Of a DNA stretch of 64,000 nt, positions 1 through 6,907 are shown in pieces. A program made the position numbers and the translations under genes. The stretch spans positions 62,001 through 126,000 of the IMG/VR virus record IMGVR_UViG_3300035181_000471. One strand, 5' to 3'. Below the pieces are notes generated by a model. The model was given only the letters and a program-made list of their open reading frames with translations, ran no database searches and was not told the origin of the DNA. How positions within the stretch are numbered: the stretch's first letter is position 1; every line of letters begins with the position of its first letter.

Positions 1-29
1 AGTGTGCTTACCAAAGCCACTTCAGCCCC
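1..29 (-). tRNA. tRNA, 5' part only (truncated by window edge; isotype unknown)
   Basis: Minus strand reads GGGGCTGAAGTGGCTTTGGTAAGCACACT: acceptor 5' strand plus D-arm with GG, 6 nt downstream of the CCA of tRNA-Ala. Confidence 0.7.
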
Positions 30-35
30 ATATAT

Positions 36-110
36 TGGTGGAGCTACGGGGAGTCGAACCCCGAACTTTTGGATGCCGTCCAAATGTGTTCCCGCTAGCA
101 CTATAGCCCC
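36..110 (-). tRNA. tRNA-Ala(GGC)
   Basis: GGGGCTA/TAGCTCC acceptor with G3:U70, anticodon arm TTTGG-ACGGCAT-CCAAA, GTTCGACTC T-loop, encoded CCA. Confidence 0.93.
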
Positions 111-117
111 ATGATGC

Positions 118-191
118 TGGCTCCAAAAAGGGGAATCGAACCCCTGTCTCTGACTTAACAGGTCAGCATCCTACCATTGGATGATTTTGGA
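118..191 (-). tRNA. tRNA-Asn(GTT)
   Basis: Anticodon arm CTGAC-CTGTTAA-GTCAG, GTTCGATTC, G73, encoded CCA. Confidence 0.93.
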
Positions 192-270
192 ATAGTAAGG
201 TCTCTCCCTTGTCAAGCCTGGATGATTAGCGGCTTTCCCTCCGAGGTTGGGTTGGACAGTGAATCGTTTT

Positions 271-981
271 TTAGATTGCCTTCACTATCTCATTCGCCTG
301 ATTTTTACAAACCCAGGTGTCCAACTTTTTAAGGACTAATTGTCCATGATCAAATTCCCAATGACAGTTGGGGCAAAGACCAACCAGATTATCGGGGGCA
401 TTGATTTCTTTCAGTGTAGCGGAATCTGGGAAACTCATTACTGCTTGAATATGGCAGACCTCCACATGCTTACTATACCCACAATTAAAACAAGAATCGG
501 TCTTGTGGCAAACACTAGCTATTCTTTGAGCGTGTTTTGTTATAACAGACCTAGCTCTCTGCCAATTAGTGCCACCGGATTCAGATTTCCCAAATAACTC
601 TAACTTTGTTACATGGTCTCTTTTCCCTTTTAGGGGGTCTTTCTCTGCTTTAATCTTAACTACTTTTTCCTTTTTAGGTCTAAGTTTGTTATTGTAAGAG
701 GCCGCGCAAGAGGTGGAACAGAAAATCCCGCTTTTAGTCTGAGATGGGACTCTGTGAAACTGCTTGGAACAGTTAAAACAAGAGACCTCTAATCGAGTTA
801 TGTTATGATCGTGAAAGCATCGTTGGGAGCAGAATAATTTGATTTGCCCTCGTCTTTTCGATATAATTAAGTTGGCCTTAGATTGAGTGGTCTCTTTCCC
901 ACACTGCTCACAAACTACAGGAATGCGATCTTTGTATTTCTTGTCCTTATATTCGATCAGCAGCGTTTCTAGTTGAGTCAT
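271..981 (-). CDS. HNH homing-endonuclease-like protein with N-terminal CxxC...FCSxxC zinc-binding repeats, inserted in the tRNA array
   Basis: CFNCG...EVCHI...NLVGLCPNCHWEFD HNH signature; ATG at 981 preceded by GGAG (ORF track starts at TTG 1002); AT-rich. Confidence 0.85.
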   Translation of the reverse strand: MTQLETLLIEYKDKKYKDRIPVVCEQCGKETTQSKANLIISKRRGQIKLFCSQRCFHDHNITRLEVSCFNCSKQFHRVPSQTKSGIFCSTSCAASYNNKLRPKKEKVVKIKAEKDPLKGKRDHVTKLELFGKSESGGTNWQRARSVITKHAQRIASVCHKTDSCFNCGYSKHVEVCHIQAVMSFPDSATLKEINAPDNLVGLCPNCHWEFDHGQLVLKKLDTWVCKNQANEIVKAI

Positions 982-1020
982 AATTTCTCCCTCTATAATC
1001 AAGAGTTAGAAAGTCGATTT

Positions 1021-1095
1021 TGGTTGCGGGAGGTGGAATCGAACCACGCTTTCACTATGAGCTTATGAGACTCTAGGCCAACCTCTGGCCCCGCT
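1021..1095 (-). tRNA. tRNA-Met(CAT), initiator-like acceptor, atypical D-arm
   Basis: AGCGGGG/TCCCGCA-A-CCA with 1:72 mismatch, loop CTCATAA, GTTCGATTC; shortened D-arm. Confidence 0.75.
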
Positions 1096-1105
1096 ATAAT
1101 TTTAT

Positions 1106-1180
1106 TGGTCCTCCAGGCAGGAATTGAACCCGCACTTCATGGTTCGAAGCCATGTGTTCTATCCGTTATACTACTGGAAG
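1106..1180 (-). tRNA. tRNA-Arg(TCG)
   Basis: Anticodon arm CATGG-CTTCGAA-CCATG, GTTCAATTC, encoded CCA. Confidence 0.92.
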
Positions 1181-1308
1181 ATAATTTCTCGGCCTTGGGG
1201 TTGTGGCCCCTCGCTTGCGTCTGACTCCCTGCCATCAGTCAGAACCGTGTATAGAGCCGCTAAGTCTTCCTACCTACTCCATACGGAGAGGGGCTCTCTT
1301 GTGCGGCA

Positions 1309-1396
1309 TGGCGGAAGATACAGGAATCGAACCTGCTTGCCTTTGACAGCCCATGCTTTCCAGGCATGTGTGACGCTCCTACTTCACCGATCTTCC
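1309..1396 (-). tRNA. tRNA-Ser(GGA)
   Basis: CATGC-CTGGAAA-GCATG, long variable arm, G73, CCA. Confidence 0.93.
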
Positions 1397-1525
1397 ATTC
1401 TATACTAGATACTGAAAGTTTTTCAATATCGTTTGGTGGTAATTTTAGAATTATTTTTTGTAAACAACTCAGACCTTTGCTCTTATTATCGGGCGGTCCG
1501 GCGAGAACCAATCTTCGTCTTTATG

Positions 1526-1603
1526 TGGCGAGGCATAGGGGATTCGAACCCCTGATCTCTTCGTAGACAGCGAAGCGGGAACTCCGGACTTCCCCAATAC
1601 CCC
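1526..1603 (-). tRNA. tRNA-Asp(GTC)
   Basis: CTTCG-CTGTCTA-CGAAG, GTTCGAATC, G73, CCA. Confidence 0.92.
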
Positions 1604-1611
1604 ATGATAAT

Positions 1612-1686
1612 TGGTGCCAACAAAGGGATTCGAACCCTTGACAAGAAGCTTATGAGACTTCCCCCTCACCTTTCGGGCTTGCTGGC
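1612..1686 (-). tRNA. tRNA with CAT anticodon (elongator Met or lysidine-modified Ile2)
   Basis: GCCAGCA/TGTTGGC-A-CCA, GAAGT-CTCATAA-GCTTC, GTTCGAATC. Confidence 0.88.
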
Positions 1687-1745
1687 AAAGTGAGAGTTTT
1701 TAACTACCCAGTGGCTCTCACACTGGTCCTGGCCGTCCAAGTCAT

Positions 1746-1832
1746 TGGTACTCCTGACAGGATTCGAACCTGCGTTGGGCTTTCGCCGCACGGTTTCGTA
1801 GACCGTTACTAATCCATCTCAGTTACAGGAGC
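1746..1832 (-). tRNA. tRNA-Arg(ACG) with a long variable arm
   Basis: ACGGT-CTACGAA-ACCGT, extra arm GGC-GAAA-GCC, GTTCGAATC, CCA; 87 nt. Confidence 0.88.
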
Positions 1833-1840
1833 ATAGAATC

Positions 1841-1898
1841 AAGACTCGTCTTTTAGTTTCATCTTAAGTGAAAGGTTTTTAGTTGCTGTGAGAGTCTT
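1841..1898 (-). ncRNA. Candidate small RNA presenting an isolated anticodon-like stem-loop (CT-TAA-GA)
   Basis: Outer stem AAGACTC/GAGTCTT encloses TTTCA-CTTAAGA-TGAAA; lies between tRNA-Tyr CCA and tRNA-Arg 5' end. Confidence 0.45.
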
Positions 1899-1992
1899 TG
1901 GTGACGCATGTAGGAATCGAACCTACTCAGGGCTTACTTGTGTGCCAACGGTTTTACAGACCGCCTCCGCTCTCCTACTCGGACGATGCGCC
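1899..1992 (-). tRNA. tRNA-Tyr(GTA)
   Basis: GCGGT-CTGTAAA-ACCGT, long variable arm, A73, CCA. Confidence 0.93.
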
Positions 1993-2117
1993 ATAGACGA
2001 GGGTTTTTAGGTTCTCCCTCAAACCAATTCACCTGTCAACCCTAAAGTTGTAGATGGTTATCATGTTATTCATTATTTAGTTGTCAGAGAAGAAGAAACA
2101 AGCCTTGACTTGTTCTA

Positions 2118-2191
2118 TGGATGGGGTAGATGGATTTGAACCATCACCTTCGGAGTCAGAGACCGAAATCCTACCGTTAGAAGATACCCCA
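2118..2191 (-). tRNA. tRNA-Gln(CTG)
   Basis: TGGGGTA/TACCCCA acceptor (U1:A72), loop CTCTGAC, GTTCAAATC, CCA. Confidence 0.92.
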
Positions 2192-2221
2192 ATTTGTGAA
2201 AGAACTGAATTTGGTTCCTAG

Positions 2222-2260
2222 AAACCGAAAACCCCGTGGTCTTTGTGGACTCACGGGGTC
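2222..2260 (-). terminator. Intrinsic terminator (putative attenuator) directly upstream of the tRNA array
   Basis: GACCCCGTG-AGTCCACAAAGAC-CACGGGGTT followed by TTCGGTTTC. Confidence 0.75.
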
Positions 2261-2282
2261 AGAGTGAAGCTTTGACTGTGAG

Positions 2283-2387
2283 TTAGTCCCAGGTGATTTC
2301 GCCATTGGCAAAGAGGACTTTGGACATACGCTGGCTATCAGGTGTCCCTGGCTGGCCTAGATAGGTATGTTCTTGAGTGCGTGACAT
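2283..2387 (-). CDS. Putative leader peptide MSRTQEHTYLGQPGTPDSQRMSKVLFANGEITWD (34 aa)
   Basis: GAGGA 9 nt before ATG; TAA about 23 nt before the terminator; below the ORF-track size cutoff. Confidence 0.65.
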   Translation of the reverse strand: MSRTQEHTYLGQPGTPDSQRMSKVLFANGEITWD

Positions 2388-2505
2388 TGAAGGTGGTCCT
2401 CGTTTACATTTTGAGCGTTTTGCTCTCTTACCTACTACTGAAAATTTCGTAAACTTCTTTTACTTTACTTTTCTATCGGGTTTGGTTTCGCTTACCCAAC
2501 ACTAC

Positions 2506-2537
2506 ACTATACTGAGGTGCCACCCGATTTTCTTACC
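2506..2537 (-). promoter_or_regulatory. Putative promoter for leader/tRNA array (GGTA-N22-TATAGT)
   Basis: Variant of the recurring GGTA-N20-21-TATAAT motif. Confidence 0.45.
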
Positions 2538-2542
2538 GTTTT

Positions 2543-2974
2543 CTAAACTTTTTTGAAGGTTGCGATCTGACGAATGGCGGAACTGCTGATATGTCCTAGG
2601 TTACGGTCACAAATAAAATACACGGTGGGGACCGAGATTCCTAGATCTTCGTTCCAATACTGCTGGTTGGTCTCGTATTGAAGGTCGCTCCCATTGCGTA
2701 GCCCACGAATTACACCATCCACGGGCCAGCGTCCATCTTCGTTTAATTCGTTGATGAAGTTCACGAGCAAGCCCTTGAACCCTAACAGTATAACACGGTC
2801 TCCGTATCTTTCTTGAAAATATCTGGCAGAAGGATTGTGGATAGCTCCTTCTTTGGATGGATTCATGCCAACGGCCACCACAACTTTATCGTATACCCTC
2901 AAAGCTTTGTCTAGGATGTCAGTGTGACCATCGTGCCACGGATTGAACGAGCCTGGGTAGATTCCTGTTTTCAT
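2543..2974 (-). CDS. coaD: Phosphopantetheine adenylyltransferase (CoaD-like)
   Basis: IYPGSFNPWHDGH, VIRGLRNGSDLQYE, HISSSAIR motifs. Confidence 0.85.
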   Translation of the reverse strand: MKTGIYPGSFNPWHDGHTDILDKALRVYDKVVVAVGMNPSKEGAIHNPSARYFQERYGDRVILLGFKGLLVNFINELNEDGRWPVDGVIRGLRNGSDLQYETNQQYWNEDLGISVPTVYFICDRNLGHISSSAIRQIATFKKV

Positions 2975-3624
2975 TTGATCCTCGATAGGATCTCAGACTG
3001 ACGCCAAGCGTATTCATTGGTGGCAAACTTACTCTTAGCCCATTCAGTGAATAGATTGTGGGGGATGTGTTCAGATAGGAACACCATCTGGCCCTTAAGC
3101 ATTTCCTGTTCAGTGAAGGACTTTCCGCCGTTTAAGAATTCAAGTTGAAGACCGAGAATAATATGTTCAAACCACTCTGGCTCTAAAACCTGCATCAAGT
3201 CAGCATCACGAATGATCTTCTGCTCAATGGTCTTGGGTGTGTGGATAAACGGATACTGGGTCACTCTAATGGTGTGTTCAATCTGGAGATTATCTAACTC
3301 CACCGTACCATACCCAAAATCCTGGAATCCCTTGACGGCCACTTCAATGTTTTCAGCATCCGTAGACCTTCCGCCTGAATGATTGAAATCATGAAATAGT
3401 GCTGACACACCAATAAGATAGCACTGACGAAAATCCAGATTATAGTATTGAGCGCCTTCGATACAGTTACAAACCATGCAACAGGTGTGAAACCAGTTGT
3501 GGTAGGGAAGAGTATTAGAAAAATTGTTCAATCTTACCTTTTCAAACATAGTATTAAACCCGAAGTCCTTGGACAACTGTTCTGCCTGATCGTATCTTGG
3601 GGAAAAGTAGGTATCCTCAGCCAT
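2971..3624 (-). CDS. HD-superfamily metal-dependent phosphohydrolase (PDEase-like)
   Basis: PYHNWFH...ALFHDFNHSG...IIRDADL. Confidence 0.8.
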   Translation of the reverse strand: MAEDTYFSPRYDQAEQLSKDFGFNTMFEKVRLNNFSNTLPYHNWFHTCCMVCNCIEGAQYYNLDFRQCYLIGVSALFHDFNHSGGRSTDAENIEVAVKGFQDFGYGTVELDNLQIEHTIRVTQYPFIHTPKTIEQKIIRDADLMQVLEPEWFEHIILGLQLEFLNGGKSFTEQEMLKGQMVFLSEHIPHNLFTEWAKSKFATNEYAWRQSEILSRIK

Positions 3625-4381
3625 TTAGTAGCTCCTCAAAAGTTCGGATGTAGTTTGTGTCGATCTCGTATCCAATTGCATTTAAGCCTAGCTCCTTAGC
3701 AGCTAGAAGTGTAGTTCCAATGCCAGCGAAGGGGTCAAGCACAATATCCTCACCAGTGGCCCCAGAGAGCTTAATACAGCGTCTTGGTAGTTCCAATGGG
3801 AAAGTAGCCGGGTGATTACCTCGCTCCTTACTACGGGACTGTATCGTCTTGTAGGGGATGAACCAGGAGTTGCCCTGACAGCGTAGATTATTTTTCGAAG
3901 ACCATCTGGCTACATTACTGGCATCCTCGTAAGGAACACCAATGGCTAAACGATCAATGGGGATATCACCAGTCTTGGTGAGATGGAAAATGAACTCATT
4001 GGTAGGGTTGATGAACCTCTTACTATTGATCGGCTTGAAGTGACCTGAGGACTTTCCATCCACGGTAATGGACTTGACCCAAGTAATGAGATTCTGAAGC
4101 TTGAACACTTTCTGTGCTTCTGCCATCACTTCAAAAGGAATCGTTGGCTTTAGGTTGGTCCCTCCAAGCTGAAGGAAGAAATGTCCATCGTCCTGAAGGA
4201 CTCTGTGAGTTTCGATGAAGATGGAGAGGAGCCAAGATAGGTAGTCGGCTCGTGAATCTGTGTATTCCCCGTAATTAGCACCGATGTTATAGGGAGGTGA
4301 GGTTACGATAACCTTAACGGACTTCGCCTGGAGAGTTTTCATACCCTCCAGGCAATCCATAGCGTGTAAAACTTGGCTCAT
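3617..4381 (-). CDS. N4-cytosine/N6-adenine DNA methyltransferase (beta class)
   Basis: TSPPY, HPATFP, LDPFAGIGTT motif order. Confidence 0.92.
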   Translation of the reverse strand: MSQVLHAMDCLEGMKTLQAKSVKVIVTSPPYNIGANYGEYTDSRADYLSWLLSIFIETHRVLQDDGHFFLQLGGTNLKPTIPFEVMAEAQKVFKLQNLITWVKSITVDGKSSGHFKPINSKRFINPTNEFIFHLTKTGDIPIDRLAIGVPYEDASNVARWSSKNNLRCQGNSWFIPYKTIQSRSKERGNHPATFPLELPRRCIKLSGATGEDIVLDPFAGIGTTLLAAKELGLNAIGYEIDTNYIRTFEELLNG

Positions 4382-5118
4382 TAAGCCTTCTTAGCCTTCA
4401 GACGAGCGAGGCGCTCAGTGGCGGTCTCGTTCATACCAGTCCCAGCAGAAGCGGCGTTTAGAGCGGCCTGAATGTCAGCGTTCTTGGCTGACTCAGGAGT
4501 GTGGAGACCGACCATAGTGCGGTCCACATCAGCCTTGGCCTTGAGGTCAGCGGCCTTCTTATGAAGGGCACCAAGGCTCGTGTCAAGGCCGGAGGTCTTG
4601 ACGGCAGAAGAGATGATCTCCTCAGCACGACGAGTGGACTCAGCGGCCTTCTGATCGGCCTGAGCAGTCTTGAGTTCCATGAGGGCATCAGACGCCTTGT
4701 CATCGAACTTCTTCAGGGCGTCAAGCACCTGATCCTTAGCGGCCTTCATTTCAGTCACGATCTTGAGAGCGGAGTCGGACTCCAACTTTTCCTTGACCAT
4801 GCGTTTTTCGTCCTTCTCGATCTCCTTGGTGAGAATATCGAGAGCTTCGTTCTTGGTGGCGTCAGCGGCCAGGATCTCAGCGGCCTTGTACTTCTGGTCA
4901 ATCTGAGCCTGGAGCTTCACCACATCTTCAACCTCAGCCTTGAGCTTGGTCTCGGCATTGGAGAGTTCGGTGGCGATGATGCGGAGGTTACGCTCCAGTT
5001 CATCACGATCTACCTGGATAGCAAGTTCTGGGTTACGAGCGGCGAGAGCGGCAGAGGCGGCGTCAGTCATGGCCTCCCCCTGCTTACCTAGAAGACCGAA
5101 GAGAGTGCGAAGTGACAT
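4381..5118 (-). CDS. PspA/IM30-family-like coiled-coil protein
   Basis: Amphipathic N-terminal helix MSLRTLFGLLG, NPE motif, long coiled coil, C-terminal ERLARLKAK. Confidence 0.65.
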   Translation of the reverse strand: MSLRTLFGLLGKQGEAMTDAASAALAARNPELAIQVDRDELERNLRIIATELSNAETKLKAEVEDVVKLQAQIDQKYKAAEILAADATKNEALDILTKEIEKDEKRMVKEKLESDSALKIVTEMKAAKDQVLDALKKFDDKASDALMELKTAQADQKAAESTRRAEEIISSAVKTSGLDTSLGALHKKAADLKAKADVDRTMVGLHTPESAKNADIQAALNAASAGTGMNETATERLARLKAKKA

Positions 5119-5220
5119 AGTATTTCTCCTTTTTGGTTAGATTGCGTTTGCTTCTTTAAGACTTCAGAGGGAATGTTGAGTTCTCTTGCTGTTGCCGTTC
5201 TGAGTAATCTAGCATTGTCC

Positions 5221-5934
5221 TTAGTTAGTAGGGATGAACTTGATATCGTTGATATTGAGAGGAATTCCGGTGTAGAATTTTACAGTAGCTTGGTCAGTTT
5301 CAACCATGTCGAAGACTTCAATCAGCACAAATTCACTGGAGTCATCGGTAAGACCTCGCTCCCAAAGCTGATACTCGATTTCTACATCAGCCCCTTTTTC
5401 GCCATCGGCGCTGTAAACTAGGGTGAAGCGTGTCTTGGTCTCACCCATCGTCACTCTATTATACTCGTTCCCTTCGGGATTTGTATAAGTTTCGGAGTTG
5501 AAAGCGTCACGATAATACTGCCAACCTTCATCATCCTGGGGGTAGTCGAAGAAGAAGGAGGAGAAAAGAATGGCCTCATCCACTACAACCTTACCCTCTA
5601 AGTCAGTGTGGGTGAGGATTTGAATGAATTCATTGTCCTCTGGCTGGAGGGTGATATAGGCGCGATAGAGCTTGTGATCACCGATCTTATAGGAACCGAT
5701 TGCCTGAACCTTGGAGTCCTGAGACTTGGCAGAGACATTAATGACCGAGCCAAGAGTTTGAACTACGAGAAGGCGGGACTCAGGGAAAGAGGCTAGGGAA
5801 CCAATTCGAAGATTAAGAGGTAGGTTTGCATCAACTCGCCCCACTTCGATGGTGTGTCCGTCAACCACAGTCTTTGTGGTCTCTTCCTTCTTGATTCCTA
5901 CGGAAGCTTTGAAGAGGTTAAAGAGGCGGCTCAC
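5221..5934 (-). CDS. DUF2491/YjfK-like protein
   Basis: LPLNLRIG, AIG..LYRAY..FIQI, ILF, YNRV, LWERGL..EFVLIE pattern; adjacent to PspA-like gene as in yjfJ-yjfK. Confidence 0.55.
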   Translation of the reverse strand: MSRLFNLFKASVGIKKEETTKTVVDGHTIEVGRVDANLPLNLRIGSLASFPESRLLVVQTLGSVINVSAKSQDSKVQAIGSYKIGDHKLYRAYITLQPEDNEFIQILTHTDLEGKVVVDEAILFSSFFFDYPQDDEGWQYYRDAFNSETYTNPEGNEYNRVTMGETKTRFTLVYSADGEKGADVEIEYQLWERGLTDDSSEFVLIEVFDMVETDQATVKFYTGIPLNINDIKFIPTN

Positions 5935-6875
5935 AGACGATACCTAGAGGAGAAGTTATTACGGCGCTTTCGATTCTGACTCCAGGTGAAAAGGCCGAAA
6001 CCAGCAACGATGAGAGCAGAGATACCAAGGAACCCTAGGAGGATGATTCCAGCCATGCTATCGTCATCAAAGCCATCGCCTTCACCTTCGTTCTGGGTGA
6101 CGGTTTCGTTCTGGATGGTTTCCTGAGGCAAGGTGGCCTCAGCTACCTCAACAGGCATGGCAACAAGAGGATCAATGCCGGGAGTCATGTAGGCGGGGTC
6201 CACGGGGGTTTTAGCCTTCTCAAGCTCCTTTACCTTAGCATCCATAGTGGCAAGCTTGGCGCGGAGTTCAGCGTCAGTTGCGGCCTGCTTATCAGCGTCA
6301 CGCCTCCAATTCTGGTAGTCGGCGTCATTACGGTGATGGTAATACTGATTATAATTCATGTTGTCGAGCATCATCCACATAAACATCGCGTCCATCATGC
6401 CGTAGCGAGGAGCGTAGCTGTACACATAGACTGGGGGATGATAGTTACTGTAGTAAGCCTGACGACTCCCAAGATAACCTCGATAAGTAGTGTGAGGAGC
6501 CGTAGACGAGAAGCTCTTAGCATACACGGGTGAGGACTTGACGCTAGCAACTGTGGGAGCAGGAGCGGCAGGAGCCTTGAACTTGGAGAGCGAAGCCTTG
6601 GCCTGGGTGGACAGTGCTGTTTGCTGTTGCACACGAGCCATAGAAGACTGGGTGGGGCGAGTCACCTGACGAGGCGCAGTGGAGAAGCTACCTCCACCAC
6701 GGCTAGGTGAGGTAGATCGGCTTGGACTAGGGGAGCTATAGCTACGGCTGGGGGAACTGAAGCTCCCAGACCGACTTCCACTAAAACTGCCACCACTTGA
6801 ACGGCCACCTGGACCCGCCATAAGGGTAAGGGCCATGACACTACAAAGTAGAACTGCGGTAATTCGCTTCAGCAT
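5931..6875 (-). CDS. Exported/membrane-anchored protein with Gly/Ser/Arg-rich N-terminus
   Basis: Signal peptide, GRSSGGSFSGS repeats, C-terminal TM helix followed by basic tail. Confidence 0.7.
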   Translation of the reverse strand: MLKRITAVLLCSVMALTLMAGPGGRSSGGSFSGSRSGSFSSPSRSYSSPSPSRSTSPSRGGGSFSTAPRQVTRPTQSSMARVQQQTALSTQAKASLSKFKAPAAPAPTVASVKSSPVYAKSFSSTAPHTTYRGYLGSRQAYYSNYHPPVYVYSYAPRYGMMDAMFMWMMLDNMNYNQYYHHRNDADYQNWRRDADKQAATDAELRAKLATMDAKVKELEKAKTPVDPAYMTPGIDPLVAMPVEVAEATLPQETIQNETVTQNEGEGDGFDDDSMAGIILLGFLGISALIVAGFGLFTWSQNRKRRNNFSSRYRL

Positions 6876-6907
6876 GAAGCCTCCTTCTTTGTGTTTAATA
6901 CTGGTTA

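Noticed and set aside
205-245. RNase P-like words GGGAAAGCC and CAGGCTT
   Set aside because: Only a dozen nt apart forming a local hairpin; no RNase P architecture.
1124-1669. Short ORFs across the tRNA region
   Set aside because: Overlap clear tRNA genes; no coding signals.
2509-2520. Partial matches to the predicted guide (GCACCTCAGTAT here on minus; GCACCACGGGAC at about 46679 on plus), both preceded by GGTG
   Set aside because: Only 10 of 12 matches with mismatches in the seed; expected by chance in 64 kb. No convincing target in this window.
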